From: Octopus sinensis
Lineage: Eukaryota
Assembly (NCBI RefSeq): GCF_006345805.1
Contig: NC_042997.1
Location: 186,496,001-186,560,000 of the forward strand
Reading direction: 5' to 3'
Length of the DNA: 64,000 nucleotides
Part shown: positions 12,630 to 23,924 of the stretch, in pieces
How positions within the stretch are numbered: the stretch's first letter is position 1
Layout of the letters: every line of letters starts with the position of its first letter
Program-made: the position numbers and the translations under genes
The notes under the pieces: generated by a model
The model's database searches: none
Told to the model about the DNA's origin: nothing
What the model saw: only the letters and a program-made list of their open reading frames with translations

Positions 12630-12782
12630 AACAATTGCAGCGTGGAAGGTGTTTATAAGCCATTTAAGAAACACACAAAAACCGTTAGATTCACTTCAAC
12701 ATTTGAATTTAATTTGTCAAAATATTTTCATCGCTTGGAGACCGCGACCTGTTCACTGACAAAATTCCGTGCTGCAATTGTT
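12630..12782. mobile_element. Small MITE with 18-bp TIRs
   Basis: AACAATTGCAGCGTGGAA (12630-12647) and TTCCGTGCTGCAATTGTT (12765-12782), 2 mismatches. Confidence 0.7.
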
Positions 12783-12842
12783 TTCGTTCCAGCACACGAT
12801 CTCAGATCAGGTCACTTGCTATACAAGTACATCTCCGTAATA

Positions 12843-12883
<41 letters not shown>

Positions 12884-12885
<2 letters not shown>

Positions 12886-13048
12886 GACGGCCTACTTTCA
12901 GTTTCCATCAACCAAACCCACTCACAAGGCTTCGGTCGTCCCGAGGCTATAGTAGAAAACATTATTGCCCAAGACGCCGCGCAATGAGACTGAACCCGGA
13001 ACCACATGGTTCGGAAGCAAACTCCTTACCACACAGCGAAGCCTGTGG
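12884..13048 (-). mobile_element. Family B SINE, head and core
   Basis: Reverse complement of GCTGTGTGGTAAG...GGTTCCGGGTTCAGTC...CTTGGGCAA...GGAAACTGAAAG. Confidence 0.85.
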
Positions 13049-13349
13049 TTTTAACCACGCCTGCGACAAGTTTCAAAAAGTTGATAAAACTAACGCAACC
13101 TTATTAAACATGACAGTTTATCTGTCCCCTTTTTAAAATCATTTTAGTCTTCGTTCTAATGAGAACCATTGGCCTAGACGTTAGTGATTGTTTGTTGTAT
13201 GTCATGTCTGTCTTCAAGATCATTAGCTGTCCTAATATGTTTGTTATGTTTTCCCCTTTTAATTCTTTGAAATCATTTTCTAAGGAATGGTCTCTAAGGA
13301 ACACGGCTCCATCACAGGAATTTAGATATTAGCAACCATATAGAGTTTC

Positions 13350-13376
13350 TTGTATATATGTAAGTATACGTTTATG

Positions 13377-13407
<31 letters not shown>

Positions 13408-14045
13408 GTATGTATGTATGTATGTATGTATGTAAGTGTATATATATACTATGTATATACATATATACATATGCATGCATATATGTATGTACATATGAAT
13501 GTATGTATGTATTATGTATGTATATATATTTACATATATATATACACTATGTATATAGGTATAATCATATGTATGCATATATGTACATATGTATGTATGT
13601 ATATATACTATGTATATGGGTATATACATATGTATGCATATATGTACATATGTATGTATGTATATATACTATGTATATGGGTATATACATATGTATGCAT
13701 ATATGTACATATGTATGTATGTATATATACTATGTATATGGGTATATACATATGTATGCATATATGTATGTACATATGTATGTATGTGTATATGTATGTA
13801 AGTATATATATATATATACTATGTATATAGATATATACATATGTATGCATATATGCATGTACATATGTATGTATGTACATATGTATGTATGTATCTAGGT
13901 ATGTATGTATGCATGCATGCATGTATGTATGTATGTATGTATGTACGTATGTATGTATGTATGTGTGTGGTATGTATGTATGTATGTATGTATGTATGTA
14001 TGTATGTATGTATGTATGTGTGTGTGTATGTATGCATGCGTGTTG
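13350..14045. repeat. Complex (TATG/TA)n tract with a 61-bp higher-order repeat (13567-13770)
   Basis: Successive 60-nt lines shift by exactly 1 nt for more than 3 units. Confidence 0.9.
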
Positions 14046-14406
14046 ATATACGTTTTCCTGGTTTTAGTTTTCGAATATCTTACCAATAGAGAAAGAGTCA
14101 GTTTCTAGCCTAGAAACAGGATTCCTACGTTGGAATTCGTACAGCATCATTGGTGTACTCATATATGCACGTATGTATGCATGTATATATAAAAATAAAT
14201 GTGTGTGTGTGTGTAGACGTATGTATGTAAATAGGTAGGTAGGTAGGTAGGTAGGTAGGTATTTAGATAGTTAGGTAGGTAGGTATGCATGGATGTACGC
14301 ATGTATGCATAAAGCATACATGCGTATACATTTGTATGTTCTTACTCATACATGTGCAGGCATTGATGTCACTAACTATATGGATTTGTTTGATTTGACT
14401 TAAATA

Positions 14407-14438
<32 letters not shown>

Positions 14439-14627
14439 CACACATGCGCAGGAGTGGCTGTGTGGTAAGTAGCTTACTTGCCAACCACATGGTTCCAGGT
14501 TCATTCCCACTGCGTGGCACCTCGGCTAACTGTCTTCTATTATAGCCTCGGGCCGACCAAAGCTTTGTGAGTGGATTTAGTAGACGGAAACTGAAAGAAG
14601 CCCGTCGTATATATGTATATGTATATG

Positions 14628-14834
14628 TAACGGGTAGCTTTATGAAAATAAACAAAAGACGAAGGCAGGTGGAAGACAAACGAACAATTGTATTAGTATG
14701 GCGCTCAGGAAATATAATTAAAACAAGTCTTTAACGTTTCGAGCCTACGCTCTTCAACAGAAAGATACACAGAGAGAGAAAAACACAGAAAGAAGGAGAG
14801 AAAAAAATGCGTGCAGTAGCTAACGAATCAACAA
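14628..14834 (-). mobile_element. Family F (TA)n-targeting element with hammerhead-like motif
   Basis: Homologous to 32973, 44574 and 55042. Flanked on both sides by ATATGTATATGTATATG. Strand is that of the hammerhead-like fold. Confidence 0.85.
14728..14765 (-). ncRNA. Minimal type I hammerhead-like motif, variant core CUGUUGA
   Basis: TCTTT-CTGTTGA-A-GAGC GTAG GCTC-GAAACGT-T-AAAGA: 5-bp stem I, 4-bp stem II, palindromic ACGT as stem III. A6 is replaced by U; activity unknown. Confidence 0.55.
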
Positions 14835-15169
14835 TATATGTATATGTATATGTATATATGTATGTGCGTGTGTGTATATATGTTTGTGTGTCTGTGTTTG
14901 TCCCCCAACATCACTTGACAACCGTCCCCGTAACTTAGCGGTTCGGCAAAAAGAGACCAATAGAATAAGTACTAGGCTTACAAAGAATACGTCCTGGGGT
15001 CGATTTGCTCGACTAAAGACGGTGCTCCAGCATGGCCGCAGTCAAATGACTGAAACAAATAAAAGAGTAAAAAGAGAATATGTTTTTGGTTTTGTGATAC
15101 TCAGCTTCCCAAGATTAGCAATAAAGCAGATGGTATCAAAATGCTTCGGGAATTATATATGCAAATCTG

Positions 15170-15850
15170 AAGCTACAATCCGAGTGGACAAACTGTAGAT
15201 TTCTCATTTTAGCTTAGGTGTTCTCCTTTTCCATTAATCTTTAACATTATGCTGGTCAACTAGTTTCCACTACCCTGAATATTTTTTTTGCTCTGCCAGA
15301 TCATTATATCTGATCCGTTATGATCTCATTTTCTTGAAGTCGATACAGGAATATTCCACCAGCATTCTTACATCTTAAGACTGATTATCTCTTCCATGTC
15401 ACTATAGCTTCTTATATCTTTATCCTAAGGACCATCCATTCTATGGATTGCATCATATGATGTTTTGGCAATGACATCATGTCTCATATGCTGATAATAC
15501 AGTGATGACATTTGCAGACTATTTACGATATGGGTGGCATGTTAATTCCTCAAGGTCTGCAACATCTCAGTGGTTTATCTGCATTCCTATCCTTTTTATG
15601 CAGAAGGTATTTTGTTGTTATTTCTTGTTCTTGCATAAATGATATTGTGATGATATTTTTGGATAACTTCTTATAATGTGGGTGACATCCTCGGTGTTAA
15701 TTCCATAGAGTCTGCATTGGTTGTCAAATCTAGGTGGATTATCTGCATCTTTATTCCTTTTATGCATCATGTATTTTGTTGGTATATCTTGTATTACGAA
15801 ATAATACTCTTCAAAGTGAGAAATAATATCCCAGCTGTCGGTCAAGAGAG
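15170..15850 (-). mobile_element. Decayed RLE-encoding non-LTR retrotransposon (R4/Dong/NeSL-type), 3' region
   Basis: SHFEEY.F.IQ, CRLYG..TEDVTHII (CCHC), MRHDVI, WWNIPV, HNGSDIMIW (PD motif region), EKENT. Many stops. Confidence 0.8.
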
Positions 15851-15901
15851 ACTACTTTCGTTATCAATATTACTGTCACTTTGAAGCTTTCTGGGAATAT
15901 A

Positions 15902-16466
15902 TTGGGTTGTCCGGAAAGTTCGTGCCGATTTTTAAAGGAAAGAAAAAGGTCAATAAATACTTGCCATTACATTTTTAATCAGCTAAATATGAAACATTTT
16001 GCTGCACAATGCGTCTCCATCTTTCCTTTAACTTGAAAATACCCTCTTCCCAGAATTGAGGTGGTTTCATAGCAAAGAATTCATCAAGGTATCTTTTTAC
16101 GTCATCCAAAGAATTGAAATTTTTACCATTAAGACTATTCTGCAGAGACCTGAATAAGTGGAAATCCGAAGGAGCAATATCTGGTGAATATGGAGGGTGG
16201 GGTAACACATCCCAGCCGAGCTGCAGCAATTTTTTTCTGGTTCCCAAAGCATCAAGTGCCGACAATGAACTTTCTTATCTTCCAATTTAAAGGGTTACAG
16301 AATTAACACAGGTTATAGGAACATAAACTTTTTCCCCGAAAAGATAGCTTAAACTGTGCCTTAAATGGAGGTGTAGTCAAATTCTATTTTATGGACTCAA
16401 CTATGTTCCAAAATACGTCGAAAGGTAAGCTACTAAAAATCGGCACGAACTTTCCGGACAACCCAA
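15902..16466 (-). mobile_element. Internally deleted mariner element (565 bp) with perfect 33-bp TIRs and TA TSD
   Basis: TTGGGTTGTCCGGAAAGTTCGTGCCGATTTTTA at both ends, with TA at 15900-15901 and 16467-16468. Confidence 0.97.
15975..16285 (-). pseudogene. Mariner transposase remnant: N-terminal 14 codons fused out of frame to the C-terminal ~90 aa
   Basis: (M)EDKKVHCRHLMLW, then TRKKLLQLGWDVLPHPPYSPDIAPSDFHLF (YSPDLAP-type motif with the third catalytic Asp). Start codon is TTG. Confidence 0.93.
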
Positions 16467-17303
16467 TAGTTCTGAGTGACTGTAAGTATATTATACGTAT
16501 GTCATCAAAATAGGTACTTTATGTGATTCACAGACAACGTAAAATTATGATTAAAGATACGTTTATTATATGTATATATGTATATATGTATGTGTTTGCG
16601 TGTGATTATAATTCCCAAACAACAGTATTTCGTTATTCAGTGTTTTAAGACCATATACGGGACATTGTTCGGGCGAGACAGGCTGGTGGAATGACACCTG
16701 TCTCGTTAGTAGTTAGTTGTTCTCGCCTGAAGATCGGACCAGCATGAAACTCACATAACGAGAGAAACAATTCCGTTCATATATAATATATATATTATAT
16801 GTGCAAGTATGTGTATTTATATTTACAGTTATACTCTAACATCATTATGTCTATAGTCAGACGAAGCAGTGCAGACGTTGAATTGATTTAATGTAGTGTT
16901 ATATTAGTAAAGTCAAATGTCTCAATGTATGACATTCTAAATATCTGTTTGTACATGTGTATGCATTCATACATATAGATATATCTGCAAGCAATTGCTA
17001 GTGTTTACAAGTCTGTGTATGCAGGAGTATGCGTTTGTGTGTGTGTTCATCCGCGCATTCGTAAATATGTGCGCATAGTTTTCTGTCTCCATTGATAGCG
17101 ATGCGTCTGCTCATGTGCGCATATTTGTATATCTGTGTATATATATGTGTGTGTGTGAGTGTGTATATTTGCACTCATGTATGCATGTGTGCGTGTGTGT
17201 GTATGAATCTATGTGTGCACGTAAATATGCATGCATACATGTGAAGTCCTTTTGTGTGTTTATGTGTATACTTGTATTTGCATGAATTAATGTATTTCAC
17301 TGC

Positions 17304-17366
<63 letters not shown>

Positions 17367-17456
17367 CATATATATACATACATATATGTATGTATGTATA
17401 TATATATATGCATATGTTTATATGTATGTATATATGTGTGTATGCATGCATTTATG

Positions 17457-17490
<34 letters not shown>

Positions 17491-18375
17491 TGTATGTATG
17501 TATGTATACGCGTGTGTATGAGTGTGAGTGTGTATTTATGCATATGGGTGCGTGTATATATGTGCGCGTGACTACTGCATCAGTCTGCTTTAGAGATTTT
17601 TTTTATAATGCTCGCTTGTCTCTCTTTCTCCCTTCTCTCTCTCTCCCTCCTTCTCTCTCTCCTTCTCCCCTTATCTCTCCTCTTCTCTCTCTACCCCACT
17701 CTCCTTCCACTCTCTCTCTCTCTCTCTCTTTCTCCAAATTCTTGTTATAAGAAAAGTCTGGAATACGGTAATCCAATACAACAAATTTTTATATGACATT
17801 GGTTCAGATTTAATTTGTTTCAATTTGTTTTCTTAAACAACGTTGGCAGGTCTGTCTCTCGGTGCTACACATCATTATTGAACAAAAATAAACGTCTTCC
17901 TATTTTTCTTTCCTCGTCATCGACTGCAAAGAAAGTGAGGACATACCCAGGCCCGGATTAACCCTTAAACAATACAAATACGTGCTTGGGGCACCAAATG
18001 AAGAGGTCACCACAGGGTATTTTTCCAGCGCGATTTAACGGGGCACGAGTGGTAAATTATGTTTTCTCTTTTCTTTTTTCATGAATAAATTGAAATTTTT
18101 CGTTCATTCCTGTTGCCTAAATTACAAATTTATAATCTATCTTAGATAACTTAGGATTTTGGATACAGGTTATATCTAACTCAATAGCACCACCCGGAGT
18201 AGTCTTTTAAAGTTATGCTTTAGGACAGCATAGCCCACTCAATTATTCGTTACCGCTGTTTAGTGTTAGCAAAATAAAATCACAAAAACATATCTTTTAT
18301 ATTTTATATTTTACTTGGAAAATTACTATTTCTTAATTTCACAACGTGAGATATTCAGCAACAGTACTTTGTAGC

Positions 18376-18881
18376 AAAGATCGCTCGCCAACATAACACG
18401 GCAGTCCTGGTTTAGGACGAATGTTGCTGCAATTCGGCCCCGGGAGACATTGTCTCCAGCCGGCTATATGACACGAACTGTGTCCCTATATTTTCGAACA
18501 AGGGAATCTAGAACCCCGACTCAGCTCAAAACAATATCTGTGTATCGCGATTTCCGGGTTATTTCCCTTCATCAGTACAGAATAATTGTTCGGTTAGATG
18601 TGGCGCTGCCAAATTCCCGTTCGAAATACATAGTTTTCAAAGTGACAACTAGCCACTAATCTATAAATTAGAAAATTACTATTTTTAAATCTCACAACGT
18701 GAGATATCACGATACACAGATATTGTTTTGAGCTGAGCGAGGGTACTAGATTCCTTTGTTCGAAAATATAATGACAAAGATCGTGTCGTATAGCCGGCTG
18801 GAGACGATGTCTCCTGAGGCTGAATTGCAGCAACATTCATCCTAAACCAGGACTGCCATGTTATGTTGGCGAGCGATCTTT
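18376..18881. repeat. Long inverted repeat (arms 18376-18551 and 18706-18881)
   Basis: AAAGATCGCTCGCCAACATAAC... versus ...GTTATGTTGGCGAGCGATCTTT; arms ~175 bp, roughly 85-90% identical by eye. Confidence 0.9.
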
Positions 18882-19339
18882 ATATTTTACTTGTTTCAAT
18901 AATTAGACTGCAGCCATGCTGGGACACCACCTTGAAGAACATTTTGCCGAATATTTAATATATTTGAGGAGTTTGGAGAGGAGTGTGGCCTCGATGATAA
19001 TTGGATTTTTAATCTGTCGTATTCAACGCTTATGTCTTTATATCGAGGAAGTACTCTCACTGAGATCTAGTTCAGTGGATGTTAGTTGGCCTTAATTCGG
19101 CTCTGAACATATCTCGTAGACCGTTCCCTTAGTCTTAAATTCCTCCATGGAGACCATAACAGGTTAAGATATGTTAAAATGAAACAATTAGCTTATCAGT
19201 AAAATGCTGAAAAATTGCACGTTTCGTGAAATTTGAGTAGCAGAGCATATTGTGAAATATTGTCTTGTAAGAACGAAGAACCGATGGCCTAGTATAATGC
19301 TCTTTAGTTAATTTATATTTGTTCATAGTATATTTCGCT

Positions 19340-19640
19340 GGCACTCCGACGGTTACAATGCCGAGGGTTCCAGTTGATCCGATCAACGAAACAGCCTGCT
19401 CGTGAAATGACCGTGCAAGTGGCTGAGCACTCCGCAGACATACGTATGTTTAATGTAGTTCTCAGGGAGATTCAGCGTAACACAAAATGTGAGAAGGCTA
19501 GCCCTTTGAATTACAAGTACAACTTATTTTTGCTAGTTGGGTAGATATAGATAAAGTGAATTGCTCAAGGACGCAATGCGTCGCCAGTTTTCGAAATCAC
19601 GACCTTACGATCGTCAGCCGAACATCCTAACCATTGAGCC
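19340..19640 (-). mobile_element. tRNA-derived SINE (family G), degenerate
   Basis: Minus head GGCTCAATGGTTAGGATGTT...GTCGTGATTTCGAAA...CCTTGAGCAA; body GCACTCC..CGGTTAC..GAGGGTTCCAGTTGATCCGATCAACG on the plus strand. Confidence 0.65.
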
Positions 19641-20589
19641 GTCATGTATTTGTAGCACTTTTTGTGTTCAAGAATTTCTGTTCACCATAAATGTGACTGT
19701 TCCTTGATTCAAAGTAGATTTTCTTTGTTTAACATTTCTTTCGTCCAAATCCTCTAGTGAAATTGTTACTAAATCAAGTTGCTTCTCCAGCATTGTTGAT
19801 ACGTCCAGTATCGATCTAGAACATTCATTTCGAAAGATTTAGTATCTGAAGAACAATCAATTGCGAAGGGGACGATAGTTGACAGAACCTTCGTGAGTTT
19901 TCAAAGACGGCAATTACATTTGAAATTACTTTTGCCAGATGCAATGATTTCTGCAACTATGAGAAGAAAACAACCTCAAACACCTTTGTGTAATTAAACC
20001 ATTATATCACGAAGTTTCTTCAACGTTTTGAGCTTAACTTCAGACGACACAGTCTGACTAATTAGAACTTATTCGACACATCCCAAACACCTTATTTCCA
20101 TCTGGCTGTAGACCAATCACGACTTTGTTAAAATCGCAAAGGTTTAGGAGAAATTGGTTTTAAACAGCTTGCATACAGTGCATCCATAATCTGTATGCTC
20201 TCAAGTCTATAGTCTGCCACGATTTGTTTTTTCCATTTTAGCTGCAAGATTGTGCGATGTCAAGCCAATTTGGTATGTCAGCTTGTACTTCTTTAGTACA
20301 GTAGAGCGCCGGCTTCTTGTACCAGTATTCAGCTAAAATTCTTCTCTGTACCTTCGCATTATTTCGGCTTGTAGTGAGAGTTACAGAAGTATAGTAGACT
20401 TACTGTTCGTTCTGGTGATAAGATTTCAACCGCAAATTATTATTTAAGTTCTCTTCCGTTTTTAATTATTTGAAGTCGTGAGAAAAGCGTTAATTCTTTA
20501 CAAAGATACATAGCTACGTCACTGGAATGTAGATAACAAAAGCAAAGTCACATTTTTGGACTTGAGAGAAGTCTTACTTATTTTTACTG

Positions 20590-21125
20590 TTTTATGTATG
20601 CATGTATAGAGTAACTATAGATTTCTCAATAGTTCAGCGTAGGTATTCACTTTTTCACTGATCTTCAGCTTTATTTTAACATCCGCTAGGCAGCTGATAT
20701 CTACAATTGTACAGTTTCTCTCCTTGTCCTAAATAAGTATATCAGGTCTATTGTGTTTACATTTTATTGAGGTTTTCACTGAGCCATTCCACCAGTAATC
20801 CTTTTTATTATGAGTGGCTATGTCTTCCGCCTTACTCTAGGTTCTTATTTCTTTGTCCTCAGGGTTATTCTTCCGCCGGATCGCGTTATAGTGTCCCAAC
20901 TACATCATGTCTCATTGGTTGATAATACCGTGATAACATTTTTGGACAACTGCTTATGATGTAGGTGATATCTTCGGTGCTAACTCCACTAAATCTGCAT
21001 GAGTTGTCATTTTACTGCTTTCCTTGTTTGTCTCTTTTGTGCATCAGGTATTTGGATTGCAAACGCATGCCCTTCAATGTGGGAGATAGTAACCCGGTTG
21101 TTGGTCCATGATAGACTGCCTTGAT
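20590..21125 (-). mobile_element. Second decayed RLE-encoding non-LTR fragment
   Basis: KYLMHKR, CRFSGVSTEDITYIISSCPKM.SRYY.PMRHDVV, YWWN.SVKT..KCKHNRPDILI, TIVDISC, ISEKVNTY. Confidence 0.88.
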
Positions 21126-21170
21126 GATCGATGTTACTATCATCTCTATATATGTAAGTATGCATATATG

Positions 21171-21485
21171 TCACCGTGATCACCATGACGGACCAGGCAA
21201 TCAGATGTTGCTACACATCGCTGGTCACAATGCGTTTCGCATTGTTTTAGCCTTCAAATGACGCCACCCCGCTGGCTAAGCGAGCAGGCCAACAGAAGAA
21301 AGAGTGAGAGAAAGTTGTGGCGAAAGAGTACAGCAGGGATCGCCACCACCCCCTGCCGGAGCTTCGTGTTTTTGCTTTAGGTGTTTTCGCTCAATAAACA
21401 CTCACAACGCCCGGTCTGGGAATCGAAACCGCGATTCTACGACCGCGTGTCCGCTGCCCTAACCACTGGGCCATTGCGCCTTCAC
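21171..21485 (-). mobile_element. Family C SINE with 11-bp TSD
   Basis: TSD ATGCATATATG / ATACATATATG (1 mismatch). Confidence 0.92.
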
Positions 21486-21807
21486 ATACATATATGTATG
21501 TACGTATATATGTAATAGAGTGTATGTGTTTTTGTCACAGACCACTTATATTTACATTGCAAAATATCCGGTGCTTCTCGCTTATGTCCAGAAGCTTAAG
21601 TGTTCGACAAACAGACACCAATCACATTTAGTACAAGACTGAAAAACAAGTACTGGTGCAGGTGGGGTTCGATATAATCCAACTAAACCTGTGGAGGTGG
21701 TACTCCAGCATGGCCGCAGTGAAGAACACAACTTAATCAAACGTAAAACAGCAACACGATGACGTCGCTGTCATCGCCAACGACAACGACGACCGCCATT
21801 ACCACCT

Positions 21808-22532
21808 ATATCTTTACTACCCACAAGGGGCTAAACACAGAGAGGACAAACAAGGACAGACAAACGGATTAAGTCGATTATATCGACCCCCAGTGCGTAA
21901 CTGGTACTTATTTAATCGACCCCGAAAGGATGAAAGGCAAAGTCGACCTCGGCGGAATTTGAACTCAGAACGATGCGGCAGACGAAATACCTGTTTCTTT
22001 ACTACCCACAAGGGGTTAAACACAGAGAGGACAAACAAGGACAGACAAACGGATTAAGTCGATTATATCGACCCCAGTGCGTAACTGGTACTTATTTAAT
22101 CGACCCCGAAAGGATGAAAGGCAAAGTCGACCTCGGCGGAATTTGAACTCAGAACGTAACGGCAGACGAAATACCGCTAAGTATTTCGCCCGGCGTGCTA
22201 ACGATTCTGCCAGCTCACTGCCTTTTTAATGATTCTTATTTCTTTACTACCCACAAGGGGCTAAACATAGATGGGAGAAACAAGGACATACAAACGGATT
22301 GAGTCGATTATATCGACTTCAGTGCGTAACTGGTACTTAATTTATGGACCCCGAAAGGATGAAAGGCAAAGTCGACCTCGGCGGAATTTGAACTCAGAAC
22401 GTAACAGCAGTCGAAATACCTATTTCTTTACTACCCCACAAGGGGCGGAATTAGATCTCAGAACGTAACGGCAGACGAAATACGGTTACGCATTTCGCCC
22501 GGCGTGTTAACGATTCTGCCAGCTCGCCGCCA
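21808..22532 (-). mobile_element. Two adjacent family A SINE multimers (21808-22223 head+2 units; 22235-22532 head+deleted unit+unit)
   Basis: Period 184 bp (GAAATAC at 21984 and 22168). The second array has an internal deletion at AGGGGCGGAATT. Confidence 0.9.
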
Positions 22533-22764
22533 CTACCACCGCCACCACCGTTCACTGCGACGGCAATAACAGCAGCGGTAACATTAGAATGCATTTCTTA
22601 AAATTGCATTTTCTAAAATTGCATTTCTCCGCGTGCACACAGGCCTTGCTATTAGCTGCGTGCTAATGGTGAGTACTGCTGATTGAAAAACGTGCTGCAC
22701 TCGAGAATTTTGCTGTCCATCCAGTTTTTCACTCCAGATGGACTTCGCTACAGAATGCGCCTGC

Positions 22765-23547
22765 GCATATGTGCATTTGTATATATATGTGTGTACGTGC
22801 ATGTGTACGTGTGTGTATGAGTGTATATGTGAACGTATGTGTGTGCATGTGTGTATGTGTATGCATGTGTGCGTATGTGCGTGTGTGTATGTATATGCGT
22901 GTGTGCATGTGTGTATGTGTGCGTGTATATGTGCGTGTCTATGTGTGTGTGTGTCTGTGTGTGTGTGTCTGTGTGTGTGTGTGTGTCTATGTGTGTGTGT
23001 CTATGTGTGTGTGTGTGTATATGTGCGTGTGTATGTGCACGTGTGTGTATATGCGTGTGTATGTGCACGTGTGTGTATATGTGCGTGTGTATGTGCACGT
23101 GTGTGTATATGTGCGTGTGTGTATGTATATGCGTGTGTATGTGTATGTGTGCGTGCACGTGTGTGTATGTGTGCGTATATGTGTGTGTGTGTGTGTATGA
23201 GTGTATATGTGAGCGTATGTGTGTGCAGGTGTGTATATGAGTGTATGTATGTGTGCAGGTGTGTGCATATGTATGCGTGTGTATGTGTGCGTGCGTGTGT
23301 GCGTGCACGTGTGTGTATATGTGCGTATATGTGTGTCTATGTGTGTGTATGAGCGTATGTGTGTGCATGTGTGTATATGTGTGTAAGTGTACGTGCGTGT
23401 GTATGTGCACGTGTGTGTATATGTGCGTGTGTGTGTGTGTGCGTGTGTGTCTATGTATGTAAGTGTACGTGCGTGTGTGCGTGCACGTGTGTGTATATGT
23501 GCGTGTGTATGTGTGTGTGTGTCTATGTGTGTATGTGTGTGTGTCTA

Positions 23548-23581
<34 letters not shown>

Positions 23582-23666
23582 AGTGTACGTGCGTGTGTGC
23601 GTGCTCGTGTGTGTATGTGTGTGTGTGTGTGTGTGTCTATGTATGTGTGTGTGTGTGTGTGTGTGT
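22765..23666. repeat. Complex (TG)n tract with ~26-bp sub-repeats
   Basis: GTGTATGTGCACGTGTGTGTATATGTGC recurs; source of the Val/Cys and His/Thr ORFs. Confidence 0.95.
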
Positions 23667-23924
23667 TAGGAGCGTTGTTTTTTTTTTTTTTTTACTATCA
23701 GGCTGAAAGCGCTCACCCACCCAACGCCAGCAACCCCACATACTTAGGGACGGTAAGGCGTAGAGGGGAGGAGTGCGATGAGTGGGGTGTTGAAGGGCGG
23801 AGGAGAAAGATTTATTGATGGAGTGGAGGGATGCGTGCCGTGCAGGAGGTCTCCGCATAGTTCGGTCGGATGGCGGCGTGTGGAGGGAGCGCTCGTGGGA
23901 TAACAGATGTGTGGGTATTTCGAA

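Larger units (their letters stand above)
14446..15079 (+). mobile_element. Full-length family B SINE (tRNA head, core, central TA/TG microsatellite, tail) with nested family F element
   Basis: A box TGGCTGTGTGG, B-box-like GGTTCATTCCC, tail GGTGCTCCAGCATGGCCGCAGTCAAATGACTGAAAC. Confidence 0.92.

Noticed and set aside
17945-18000. CAGGCCCGGATTAACCC resembling a hAT-type MITE terminus
   Set aside because: No matching opposite terminus or TSD found nearby.
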